64,000 nt of DNA from Octopus sinensis (lineage: Eukaryota). Position numbers and translations under genes: made by a program. Under the pieces are notes generated by a model. That model made no database searches. It saw nothing but the letters and a program-made list of their open reading frames with translations, and was not told the DNA's origin. Shown one piece after another: positions 1 through 13,506 of this stretch (position 1 is its first letter; each line of letters begins with the position of its first letter). The DNA lies in NCBI RefSeq assembly GCF_006345805.1, contig NC_043006.1, positions 7,440,001 to 7,504,000 of the forward strand. Direction: 5' to 3'.

Positions 1-70
1 GAGAGCCATAGCTGCAGATGAAATAGGAATGAACATATTTCCAGTTTATGAACTGGTCAAGAGTTCATAA

Positions 71-525
71 AGGAGTGGCTGTGTGGTAAGGCGCAGGAGT
101 GGCTGTGTGGTAAGTAGCTTGCTTACGAACCGCATGGTTCCGGGTTCAGTCCCACTGCGTGGCATCTTGGGCAAGGGTCTTCTACTATAGCCTCGGGCCG
201 ACCAAAGCCTTGTGAGTGGATTTGGTAGACAGAAACTGAAAGAAGCCCGTCGTATATATGTATAAGTATATATATGCGCGCGCGCGCGTGTGTGTGTTTG
301 TGTGTGCGCACGTGTGTGTGTGTGTATCTGTATTTGTCCCCTTAACATCGCTTGAAAACCGATGCTTGTGTGTTTACGTCCCCGTAACTTAGCGGTTCGG
401 CGAAAGAGACCGATAGAATAAGTACTAGGCTTACAAAGAATAAGTCCTGGGGTCGATTTGACTCGACTAAAGGCGGTGCTCCAGCATGGCCGCAGTCAAA
501 TGATTGATACAAGTAAGAAAGAGTA
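71..525 (+). mobile_element. tRNA-derived SINE, family A (head AGGAGTGGCTGTGTGG; internal TA/TG microsatellite), with 20-bp 5' duplication
   Basis: A-box-like TGGCTGTGTGG and B-box-like GGTTCAGTCCC; near-identical to copies at 20145, 36909, 41736; 71-90 repeats 95-114. Confidence 0.9.
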
Positions 526-929
526 GTCAAAGTGTCGAACGAAAACATGTCAACATGACGGTCACGGTGGCACGGAATTGAAGAAACGTGAAAAAAACAA
601 TCGTCTTAATAAGCTACGCGTTGTATATCACGCTTCACGCTTGCTCCTTCGTTGATAAACTGTAACCACTTACAGTTAGCGGATCGAGTGTGTATGAGTG
701 AGATATAATACTCGTGTGGATATCGATTCTTTAGTTCTTTGATAAATGTATAGATATGAACATGAAAATATAAATTCTTTTACTTATTTATCCATCAAAT
801 ATAACAGTATGCTGGACCATTTCACTTAAATAAAATATCAAACCCTTTGATGCAATGTGAATCTATTAGTCATCGCTAGGTAACAAGCCGTTTCTAATTA
901 CACCAGCGTACATGTAATTTATAATTATA

Positions 930-1315
930 CTAGCAGTATCGCCCGGCGTTGCTCGGGTTTGTAAGGGAAATAACTATATAAGCATTTTTAGAGATGTAAA
1001 GTATAATAGCCATCTCAATATGGCTAACCATAAAGGGGGGTGTTACTGTAGCTTTTTACGTTCTAAGATTTAATAATACATTTTTAGAGAGTTACTTCCC
1101 TTATATAATAGCAAAAAAATGGTAAAAAATGATGGTAATTTTTTTTTAAATCGTAGACTCATCGTAGACGCGCGTTAATACCCAGAAGGGCTCGATATGA
1201 ATCACGACTATAAGATACCCGCTTTTGGTTACACTGCACCGCAAAATGTGGGAGTAGTTAGGAATCTAAATCGTAGGAGACAGACACCACACAACCTCAC
1301 TTTTATATAAATAGA
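930..1315 (-). mobile_element. Non-autonomous Helitron
   Basis: Minus strand: 5' TCTATTTATATAAAA...CCCGAGCAACGCCGGG hairpin-CGATACTG-CTAG followed by T; same 3' terminus at 4 other loci. Confidence 0.8.
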
Positions 1316-2791
1316 CATGAGGCCTTGATCCTGATAATGCTACCATGAGTAATACAGGTTGTTATTATTGCTATTTCCTGTCTCCAAGTTAGCTCTTTGA
1401 ATAGATTTACAGATTTATATTGCAGATAAAACCATCGAGACTTTCTTTTTTCAGACACGTTTCCTGTTTGAAACAGAGGGCTATAATTAAAGGGAGATTT
1501 TGGCTTTTCGTCAGGTTTAGTGACCCACACACAGTTTTCCTTGTTGACTCCAGTAGTTCAGGCATCTGAGAGATGCGGTTCTCCGTATTTGAAACATTGA
1601 ATTCTATGTTTTTTTTCCTTTTATTACCTTGTTGATGAAATCAGAATGACTGTGACAGAAGGCAAAAATCGAAGTGAGTTGAATCTGCAACTCGGCATTG
1701 ATTTATTGATTATTTTACATATTGTTTTCTTTTTACCTATTTACCTTGAGAGAGGCATGACTGCCATACAATCGCACTTCAATATATTTTAAAATAGGAG
1801 GATTTGTGTGTAAGTAAATACTCTATGTACAACATAAATGAATTTGTGTATGTTCAGTTAGGACCATCTAGACGTTGTATGTGGCAACACACATTTGTGA
1901 ATATCTCTTATAATTAAATTACTTGAAATATTCTTGTCCACGTACATATTTATGTGTTGGATGAGTGTGGGTGTAGCATTTGTAACAGAAGTATGTCATT
2001 TACTAATTGAATACATACGACAACTAATGCAATTACACCATTTTCAATAATTCTATAAAGATTCTTTCTACGTCTTCCTTACGAGGTGCTATTGCAAACA
2101 GGATATATAATACTAAATAAATAAAAATTTTGATAAGACAACATGAATTGAGAAGATATTCTTCGGTTTTCACATGGTAGACAATATTTAAATTTGATAT
2201 TTGTTACAATATAGGAAGAGTAAATCTTATGATGAAATAAATGCGAGATGCAGGTTCTATTTCCGCTTGACACTGATTCCCCTTATTCATATCGCCAATG
2301 GTTTTGGATGCCCCAATCTTTGGTGTCACAAGAGAAGCACAGCTTGAACTTGCTTTCACTCTGACTTATATCTGGATTAGCGAGGGCACCGTCATGATAC
2401 ACTGTAGGTCTTAAACACATTAAACCTGAAAGATTTTAACAATGTACGTTTAGTAAACGACAGACTATGCTGATGATCATGCAGATGTTTGCGTATCCAT
2501 ATACCTAAATATTAACAAGTGAAACTAATTAGTACATAGGTAATCTTTTTTTTTAATTTGTCTTGCTTATTTTTGCACTTTGGTTTTTTGCTGAATTTTT
2601 TTCTTGAGAACACATTCTTCGTGGAAAATGGCGATTTTGACGTCTATATCTAGCATACAGGTTGTCCATGTTTTTTGTGGTCAGTCCTCTAAATTTTGTA
2701 TGTAAAAAAAATTTTAAATCTTCGAATTTTTTAAAAATATGCTAGGCCACTTGTTTTAATTGATTAATATGAATTTCTACCCTTATTTAAT

Positions 2792-3830
<1,039 letters not shown>

Positions 3831-4189
3831 TCTTCTTTCTTAATATTAATTACGAGCAGACAGCTATTCATAAGTCCAATTTTGTGTGCTAGTATATAGC
3901 TTTTATGTAAACCTGCAAACACTACACAAGACGTTCCACACGTAGAATTGCCCACACTTAAATGAAACTTGTGGTTCTCAGCAGCAGTAAAAATAGTCCA
4001 GGGACAAAGTTTGGATTTTTAGAAAATATTTATGTTGTAGGAAAAAGGTGTTGAAATTTTAGGACCAAATCTGCGATGATGTCATTAAAAAGACCTTACT
4101 ATATATAAACGGAGATATTAAAGCGTTAGTATCTTTTATCCTAGTAATACTAACTCTTTCCTAATTTATCACTATGTATTATGAAAAGC

Positions 4190-4337
4190 ATTGACTAAGT
4201 GATAAGAAGTTTGCTTCCAACAGGATGGTTCCAGGTTCAGTCCCACTACGTAGCAACTTCGAATCTTGAGAAAGTAGCTTCTACTATAGCCTCGGACCGA
4301 CAAGAGATTTTCTAGTGGATTTCATAGACTGAAACTG
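4190..4337 (+). mobile_element. Degenerate 5' part of SINE family A
   Basis: GGTTCCAGGTTCAGTCCCACT...CTTCTACTATAGCCTCGG matches family A. Confidence 0.75.
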
Positions 4338-4440
4338 GCATCACTTCGGCACCCCTGGTCACAACACGCCGTCCATTCCTCATAGATGTCGCTCAAAAAC
4401 GCTTGTCGTATTTCGTCAACTTACCATTTCATACACACCA

Positions 4441-4479
<39 letters not shown>

Positions 4480-4944
4480 ATGTACACACATCTATATTTC
4501 TTCAGTAAATCATAAATCCGACACAACAATATATCTTTTTATGTGCTACTATTTGTTTCATGTGCCGAGAACATGCCAACCATTGTTGCATCACAATTAT
4601 CAGACACTTCCCACATGGCATAAAAAATTAAAAATAGGACGAGAGAAGAAGCGAGAGAAGTGGAAAACTGGAATGTAATCTCGCTGCCGGTGAAATAAGA
4701 ATAAATGATATAGATATGTTCCTTCTATACCATAAAACTATAGGTGCATGGAAAAAAGGAAAGGGCGTTTTCTAAAGGACTCTTTGTTAATCGCGTTTCG
4801 GGAAAATAAAAAAAAAACCTATCCATCTTTCTTCTATCAGAATCATAGATCATTTGCTTATGAAGTAGACATGGTTTAGACTAGTACATTAGTAGCTAGC
4901 AGTATTTGCATTTTTGTTCTTTGGATGTTCATGATTAATTAAAT

Positions 4945-5328
4945 GGTGGAAGCACTCCGTCGGTTACGACGACGAGGATTCCGGTTGATCCGAATCAACG
5001 GAACAGCCTGCTCGTGAAATTAGCGTGTAAGTGGCTGAGCACTCCACAGACACGTGTACCCTTAACGTAGTTCTCGGGGATAATCAGCGTGACACAGAGA
5101 GTGACAAGGCCGGCCCTTTGAAATACAGGTACAACAGAAACAGGAAGTAAGAGTGAAAGAAAGTTGTGGTGAAAGAGTACAGCAGGGATCACCACCATCC
5201 CCTGCCGGAGCCTCGTGGAGCTTTTAGGTGTTTTCGCTCAATAAACACTCACAACGCCCGGTCTGGGAGTCGAAACCGCGATCCTATGACCGCGAGTCCG
5301 CTGCCCTAACCACTGGGCCATTGCGCCT
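4945..5328 (-). mobile_element. tRNA-derived SINE, family C (head GGAGGCGCAATGGCCCAGTGG)
   Basis: A box TGGCCCAGTGG and B-box-like GGTTTCGA; near-identical to 18058, 35563, 54117; flanking AATTAAAT direct repeat. Confidence 0.92.
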
Positions 5329-7229
5329 GATCAATTAAATATCTTTGCATGCACAATGTAGGGTAAATCAGAACTGAAATGATTTCAGTATTATAAAGCG
5401 CTATCACGAAGTATATAAGAATACCAATCTAAACACATTCCATCTATCTCTTCTATACAGCTATTGATGATATATGTATCAGGAACCAACTTCTCCTTTG
5501 CGGATGTGTGGGTATACATGTAAGCAACATTTAATATTTATTTTGCATATTCACCCGATAAAAGCAAAATCAAATATTTTAATAAATAACTTTATCATTA
5601 CAAAATTCCACTGCATTGTATTTGAGTGAGAAACGCACTCGAGTTCATTTATTAGTAGAATGCACGCAAATATAACGTTTGTGATGCGTGAAATTCAGTT
5701 ATAAAAGTCTGTAGGTCGACATATCGGTTGTTTAAATAATTGTAATTCACACTGAGAATTACCGCAAGCTGCATAAACATATTAGTATGAAATTAATATT
5801 AATTGGTGAAGCAAGAAGCAGTTGTTTCATGCTATTGGGCATATCTAATTAGCTCTATTAAATAAAACACTAAAACATTCCTTAAATGTAAATATTCCTA
5901 ATCGTGCAAAAACTCTCTGCCGTTGATTCTCTTCTCTCTAATAATGGCGAGGGTCTTTCAATGGTAGTAGCCAAAACACAAAACAATCATTCGAGCCGAA
6001 CCAATTTAGTATAGATTAGCTCAATGCGAATAACAGTTTTCTGTTAACCTCTATAGACGTAACACTGCACATTATACCACTCACATAATTCTAACGTCAG
6101 AGTCGATAAATAAAACAGATTCATACAGAGGACTGTGGCCAAGCCGAAGCTGAAACATTGCTCTCCTGTGCATAATTGTCCATAATAAACATGATCCATT
6201 GGGGAAGTCTCTGAGTACTTGCACAATCAACAAGAAGAAGCAGCTTAACGTTCAATTCGCAGTACTCTGCCTTCAAATATGAAAAATAAGCCGATACTGA
6301 AATCTTAAATAATTAAAGTTATTGGACGGTCATAGCTTGAAGGCTTTTCTGACTTTAAAGTACATAGCAACAACAAACTAAACATTGTAGAAACAGAGAG
6401 TTTTATGGCCGAAACCTATCGACATTGTTTTCTGTAATAAAGTCATGATTGATGGTTACTATAAATGTCCGTCAGTAATCTAAAGAAGGCAGACGAAGGT
6501 TGCTGAATAATAAATAAGGCAAAACATAGGTGTAGACGAGTGATATACTACTACACCACATTGTGAAAATTTGAAAAATCCAATATTGTCATCTCGTTGA
6601 TAGAATAACGTTCACGTCAATAACAATAAGCAGAAGCGAACATTTATGTTTTTACCGAGAATATTAAAGTCAAAGATATATTTTCCTATTAAAAACAGAA
6701 CATCAATGGACGTAAAGCATATAAGTAATGTTTTTAAAATCCTTGACGTATAATGATTAGGTGCCGTGTGCTAAAGTCATCTTAGAAGACGTGGATAGTT
6801 CCATATAAAAGTGTAAAATGTATAAAATATAATAACTTTTGAACATTCAAATGATGAATTAGAAAAGGAAAACAAAATAATGTAGAATTTTAAAATCTGT
6901 TCTACAACATTACGTTTTTCTATTTAAATTGCTCCGGGGAATATATTTACAGACTTGTCTTAATTCTTTCAATGGATAATTATTTTGCTTTACTTTTTCA
7001 ATTCAATGTTTTTATCAATTACTATTTTCACTCAACAAATAACTAAATTATATTATTAGAAAAGTTATGAATTGCATATTCTCTAAAATATCTGGGAAAT
7101 CAGCATAACACCTCCAAAGCGGAAATTTCTAAAGTGTAATATATATTTTCAAAATGATACATGCAAATTCTCAAATATATACCTGTTCTCCTTCCCCACC
7201 CTCTCTCTCTTTCATCCACACCCATACAA

Positions 7230-7407
7230 GAACACACACACTCACATATATACAAATATGTGTGTGTATTTGTGCGTATGCATATATATAAAATTAATGC
7301 ATAAAAATGTGATGGTGCAGTTAATGTACACACATACCTTCGTACATTCATAAGATGGGCATATGTGTGTTTCAATATATATACATATATATATGTGTGT
7401 ATGTATA

Positions 7408-7463
<56 letters not shown>

Positions 7464-7690
7464 CATATTTGTATATGTGTGTATATGTACGTATATGTAC
7501 GTATATACATATAAATATATACATATGTACAGACATATAAATAAATATATATATATGTATGTATATGCCTACATATATAAATGCATACATTTATATATGT
7601 GTGTATTTATGTATGTATCTCTCTATGTGTATATACGTATGTACATACATACACATGCGTGTATGCGTGTGTATGTTTGTCTGTTTATGT
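7230..7690. repeat. Compound TA/TG/CA microsatellite
   Basis: Direct inspection. Confidence 0.9.
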
Positions 7691-8159
7691 GCGCATTTCT
7701 ATTCTATTCGAAAGTAAATTCATGTATTTGCATTCATATAACTTTTAATCTACACATCGTCTTAATCGCTTCTAAAATATAAATTAACAAAATACAAAAT
7801 GCCTGCTTTCAGAAGCCAACAAGCAGATTAAATGTTTTAAAACATTCTCTGTAACACAATACAGTAATAGACAATGTACAATGACGGCCTCAATATCGAT
7901 CTGGTTTCCACAAAAATCTGTAGAATATAGAATATTTAAACAATTATCTATTTATTTGAAAATCAAACCGTATACACTTAAACAAACGGTTTCCAGCATG
8001 CTTTCACATCTGCTGTTAATATGGTCATTCAGAAAAAAACCATTTGTTGTATTATTTTAAAATAATACTAACGTGGTTCTACAATGGAAACACAACCACC
8101 CAGGCTACATCCTTCGAAAATATAACCTATTAATTCACACATATGCATACATTGATTTA

Positions 8160-8251
8160 TACACACATACATACACACATCCATCCATCCATCCATCCAT
8201 CCATCCATCCATCCATCCATACATACATACATACATACATACATACATACA

Positions 8252-8285
<34 letters not shown>

Positions 8286-8330
8286 CATGTGTGTGTGTGT
8301 GTGTGTATGTATTTATATATATATATATAT
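8160..8330. repeat. (CATC)n-(CATA)n-(TG)n-(TA)n microsatellite
   Basis: Direct inspection. Confidence 0.95.
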
Positions 8331-8479
8331 CTGTAAAATACTATGTGGCAATTATTTGATAGCCAAGATAAAATTCTGAGTTTCGGATGCCGAAGTGGAA
8401 ATCCACAACACCATCTCTTCGGTTATCTGGCCAGTTTTCTCTTGGCTATTGAATAATTGTCACATATTATTTTACAGAT
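8328..8479 (-). mobile_element. Fold-back element: ~45-bp imperfect inverted repeats enclosing a hammerhead-like motif
   Basis: 8328-8372 is an inverted copy of 8434-8479 (TATCTGTAAA..TATGTG.CAATTATT..ATAGCCAAGA.AAAA). Confidence 0.7.
8367..8427 (-). ncRNA. Candidate type I hammerhead ribozyme, variant core (CCGAAGA)
   Basis: Minus: GATAA-CCGAAGA-GATG[..GTGGATTTCCAC..]CATC-C-GAAA-CTCAGAA-T-T-TTATC; 5-bp stem I; U4C core change and one stem III mismatch. Confidence 0.45.
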
Positions 8480-8519
8480 AAATTTGCTCTATTTACATAA
8501 TATTGAGGTATCTTTCTTT

Positions 8520-8806
8520 CTTTTGTTATCTTACCAATATGTCCCGAGAGAGATCAAAGAGGAAAAGGATCCCATCAACTTCAAACAGAGTCTGGATAGA
8601 TTCCTTCAAAGAATACCAGATAAGCCACCCATAATTGGATACAACTCACCCAACAAGAACTCACTACTAGAACAAAACTTGACTTAAAACAAAACTTGAC
8701 TTAAACAGGATTCGAATATTCCTATCAGGTGGTGCTATTAAGTTAGACATGGCCTGGACCAATCTTTGGTCGAAACATATCTAAGTTTATCTAAGTTATC
8801 TAAGTT
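8520..8806 (+). mobile_element. 3' end of CR1/L2-superfamily LINE
   Basis: Encodes ..REIKEEKDPINFKQSLDRFLQRIPDKPPIIGYNSPNKNSLLE (FK..LD.FL..IPD.P...NSL type C-terminus); short tandem CTAAGTT tail; second copy at 11035-11300. Confidence 0.75.
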
Positions 8807-8999
8807 TTTATATATATATATATTATATATATATATATATATATTTACATATATATATATATGCATGTATATATATAAGTATGATTCGGGCAAGCTAATT
8901 CTTTTTAAGCAAGAACTGCGAGCGGCAAAGAAAGTTTATTAATTAAAGCACCCACTAAACCGAAAACCCATTAATTACAAGTTCTCTACAAACCCACCA

Positions 9000-9600
9000 G
9001 CAGCGTAATTCAGTACGAAAGGCCATGCGTCAAGATTGTTTAAAGCCTGTCCCTCGAATGATCTAGAGTTATTTTACGGAGCGATATGGAACATAAACAG
9101 GCAACACACAAGTAGTTAAATAAGCTATGGACAGTGCAAACGTCTCTTAAACGAGGAGTAGGTCTCTTTTAGACAATTTTGCACAACTTTCAAATGGGAA
9201 ATCACATGGAATGGACCTGCTAGCCGGTTATTGGTACAGAAAGCTGACATTCTTCAGACCAGCTCTCGTTAACTTCGTCGAAAGTGGAAAGAAAACTGAG
9301 ACTGACGTTCCAGACTCGTTAGCATTCACACCTATTCCACCAATGGTTAAAAACCAGGAGATGCATTTGGTCACAACCTACAGGTCAGTAGCATGTTTAA
9401 ATATAATATACAAATTAAGCCCAGGTTATTCGAATGCATTTTCCCAACATCACACCGAAACACATGGCGACTGAAAAGTAGGCATGAGGAAAGAAAGGAG
9501 ATTGGGGCGGCGCCAAACTGGAACAGAGCAAACTCATTCCTATTCTCCGAATACAAGGAGTCAGAGGAACAGGAAAAATTTGTAAAACATATCAGGGATT
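9000..9600 (+). pseudogene. Decayed R4/Dong-like non-LTR reverse transcriptase fragment
   Basis: FYGAIWN..., GKSHGMDLLAGYWYRKL...TTYRSVACLNIIYKL resembles the PGPD..GYW.K / NYRPI.CL...YKL motifs also seen at 57440. Confidence 0.7.
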
Positions 9601-11034
9601 CTCTATTTGTGGTATCTGGATAAACATATGTCCGCACAAATTTATACATACGGAGTATATATACATACACTCTCAAAAACGGTAAAGAAACATACATAGT
9701 TGTAATATTTTCGTCACAAGCACACCTATGAGTGCACGTTTATTCACACGAACACACATACACACAGCATGCATATATATATATGAATACATCAACTGAA
9801 ATAGATAAGCACAAACTCGAAGAGCTGTCTTGACTTAAAAGAGCCTTGCCACACTCTTATTGAATTGTCTCCCTTCTGCAAAGGATAAAATACATGAAAT
9901 AAATCTCATGAAACAAGCGTAAAAACCTACATATATATGCTAATGTCAATGGCAACGTAAATCCTGCTCTTTTAATATTTGTTTACAAATATTACGTACT
10001 TTAATGAACTTATAATTCATATAAGAATCTAGAACGGAGGATAAACATCTACAATGTATGTGAGTTAGCTACAGGAGTTAATTGGTGCATGTGAACGTGT
10101 CAAAGGCTATAATGATGGGTGAACGACTCCTCCTGTATTGATATGTGATGCAAGAATAGTTCCCTAATGTGTGCTGTATAGTGAATGTGTCCTTGGCCGG
10201 CGGAACGTAAAAACATTCTTATATTTTCGTGGAAAGATGGTTCCAAGATCTCTGGGAAAATAGTAACCATATTTCTGACTTACCAGAAGTGACGTTGAGA
10301 TACAAATGCACAACAGAAAAATTCGTCTTTGTCCATTAAGTTCTGCGTGAGAGGTCAGGAATTAAACTGTGTAGAATGGATTCTCTTGTGAGAAAACGTA
10401 TGTACATGTACTTAGGGTTTATTCACGCTCTTCAATAAATTAAGAATTTTTGCAGAGACATTGGTGAGACTAATGCAGTTTAAATTCAGCATTGGCGATC
10501 ACTTATAAATCAATGGCTCTTCGAGGCTGATTTCCTAGAGGCTGAATTCCTCGAGGCTGATTTCCTCGAGATCTGTTTAGCAACAAACCATTACGGTATT
10601 GTGGAATCCATACTCTCAAAACAGATTGGCAAATATTCAAATTCATTTCCTCGTAACTGTAATGTTACCGTAATGATATAGTTTCTGTATAAAACGTAAC
10701 TATATATTGAAAATATTTCTTGAATGTCCAGCATGGCCGCTATGAAATGACTGAAACAAATAAAAGAATAACTGTAATGAAAATGCATCAGATAAGAAAC
10801 CAAATTAAGGTATCTAAATATGGAAAACATATGCTTAGAACTATTAGAGTATATGTAGGGTTTTGTATTCATATTGACCTCTGTAAGAGTATAAGTATGG
10901 AAAATAAAATTGCAAGTTTCCAACCAGAGAAAACAAGTTGCAGTTTTAGTAAACATTGGTATAATTTTCCTACTACTTTCGATCACAGGGAACAAATATA
11001 ATCGTTTACTGAAGCAAAGACTTTAGTGAAAACG

Positions 11035-11300
11035 CATTAACTTAGATTAACTTAGATATGTTTCGACCAAAGTTTGGTCCAGGCCATGTCTAAGTTAATA
11101 GCACCACCTGATAGGATTATTCGAATCCTGTTTAAGTCAAGTTTTGTTCAAGTAGTTAGTTCTTGTTGGGTGAGTTGTATCAAGTTTTGTTCAAGTAGTG
11201 AGTTCTTGTTGGGTGAGTTGTATCCAATTATGGGTGGCTTATCTGGTATTCTTTGAAGGAATCTATCCAGACTCCGTTTAAAGTTGATGGGATCTTTTAT
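11035..11300 (-). mobile_element. 3' end of CR1/L2-superfamily LINE, inverted relative to the 8520 copy, with an internal ~43-bp tandem duplication
   Basis: Reverse complement matches 8560-8800; GATACAACTCACCCAACAAGAACT.ACTACT.GAACAAAACTT occurs twice. Confidence 0.8.
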
Positions 11301-12859
11301 GACGGAAATGATCTCTCAGGTGGTATCATTGATACAGAAAAGAATTGGCCTTCAATTGAAATTCAATCATGGATTCTGTTCGCTATGATTTCAATTCTTC
11401 AGTATAGGGATGGACTGAAAAATATTAACAATAATTTCAGACACTTACATAAGATTAAAACCTTTTTGAATAGGGTAACATCCGATGGTATCTACTCCAG
11501 TATTGTACTGGCACTTATTCTAAAACAACAGGGTCAATTGACCCTGCTAGTATTTGGTCGTAAGGAAGTGACATTTGTCCGGCGCTCAGACCATTCAACC
11601 AACCCACCTTTCTGACATGTCCTAATTTAAATTCTCATATTTACTTTCCACCAAATATTTTAAAACGATCTTCGCATGTAACTGCGTTTGTACTATTATT
11701 ATAAAAATGGTATTATGTTACTGAATTTATATTATCAAAGAAAGGTTCAACTGACTTTTCAGCGCTATTAAATCCTACAAAAGCATTTATCGGCGACAGA
11801 TTCTATTCTTTACTTTCAGAAATATTTAAGAATGTATCTGTAGTGTTTCACGGGAATTCCCTCGTTATCTTAGAATTTGGTGAAAGGAAACCACAGGATT
11901 ACAAACTGTTAGGAATCATGACATCGCACATTTATGATTCGAAAACATCTCTTAAAATGTTGTTAGACAATAATTGTGTTCATATTTCGTTGCTTCAAAG
12001 ATATCACGTGTTTTGTAGGGCGAATTTTCTTGATCGAAAGGCAGAACCAAAAAAATATATATATTACAAATGGACAACTCAAAGCTTTGATAATACATTT
12101 CCTGTGTTCATTGATTTTGGTAGCAGCTTGATTAGAATTGTCACATTATATAGAGGATAGGATTGCTGTGAACGTATCCTTGAAGATCAGACGTGGTAAC
12201 GGCTGTTTAAAAATTGATTACTATGACTTTGAAACTACAGCTACGTCATTCTTTGATGTAGTAAACCGGTTTTGTTGCAAGAGTAAAGTTGATAAGAGCA
12301 ATTGCATAGAATGTACTGTTTCCTATGTTAATCAGCAGCGTGTCAAGAGTCATAGATCAGGAAGTAAATTCTTCAAAACTTGAGGTCTCACCACTATATC
12401 ATTCCAAGAGGCCAAAGCTGAGCTTGCCTTTACTTAAAACACTCTACTAAAGCATGAACGGAATAGTACTTTATTCTCTGAAAATATTCAATATTTCAGC
12501 TTAGCTAAAAGAAACCAATATGTCATTTCACAACTTTATAGCCATATTTGGTTTCTTTCTCTTTGCAGAGAGCCATTCAATTTCCGTTATATTATAAATA
12601 TTATATTTTAAGTATTTGAAAAGAGATTTATACGAATTGTGAGAAAACTGTTCAATGTCACGCAAACTGAACCATACGTCATTTTTGAGGAATTTTAAAA
12701 GATTATATAGTTACTTCATGTTCATTTTATATTATTTATTGTACAAGAGAAAAAATAACAATATGCAAAGTATATATATGCATATAAAAATACAGATATA
12801 GGTATAGATAAATATGTGTATACTGTTGAAATCTACAAGTTTCTTTTCATTCTCTCACA

Positions 12860-13000
12860 GTTTATTTTCTCTTATTCCTTTCTGTTAAAGAGCGTAGGCT
12901 CGAAACATAAAAGACCTTTTCATTTTCGCGAGCGTGGAACTAATACACTTGCTTGTTGCTCATTCACCTGTCTTCACCTTTTGTCTTTCTATAAATTTCA
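12860..13000 (+). mobile_element. Short TA-associated repeat with degenerate hammerhead-like GAGCGTAGGCTCGAAA motif
   Basis: Homologous to 38242-38420 and 43621-43780. Confidence 0.65.
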
Positions 13001-13081
13001 ACTATATATACATATACATATATACATACATGCACGCATGCGCACACACATACACACACACACACACATATATATGTATAC

Positions 13082-13418
13082 GTGAAGATGCATGGCTCAT
13101 TGGTTAGAGCGTCGAGCTTACGATCGTGAGGTTGTGAGCTCGAATTCCGGACCTGGCTGCGTGCTGTGTTCTTGATTGTTCTTCATTTCACGTTGCTCCA
13201 GTTCACTCAGCTGTAGAAATGAGTTGTGACGTCACAGGTGCCAAGCTGTATCGGCCCCTTTGCCTTTCCCTTGAATAACATTGGTGGCGTGGTGAGGGGA
13301 GTCCGTTATGCATGTGTGACTGCTGGTCTTCCATAAACAATCTTGCCCGGACTTGAGCCTGGGAGGGTAACATTCTAGGTGCAATCCCATGGTCTGTGTC
13401 GTGACCGAAGGGGGTCTC
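13082..13418 (+). mobile_element. tRNA-derived SINE, family D
   Basis: A box TGGCTCATTGG and B-box-like GAGCTCGAATTCC; 3' half matches 20629-20825 (minus). Confidence 0.85.
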
Positions 13419-13459
13419 AGAATATGTATATATACACATGTGCTTGTGTGTGTGTGTGT

Positions 13460-13506
<47 letters not shown>

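Noticed and set aside
1435-1520. Minus-strand CTGACGA ... GAAACGTGTC hammerhead-like words
   Set aside because: No stem I pairing and no coherent stem II
4995-5198. Recurrent ORF MVVIPAVLFHHNFL... (also 18111, 35681, 54106)
   Set aside because: Incidental frame within SINE family C; recurrence reflects SINE copy number
11529-11546. Perfect 18-bp palindrome CAGGGTCAATTGACCCTG (GGGTCA-2-TGACCC, nuclear-receptor-like)
   Set aside because: About 64000/4^9 = 0.24 expected by chance at equal base frequencies; no supporting context
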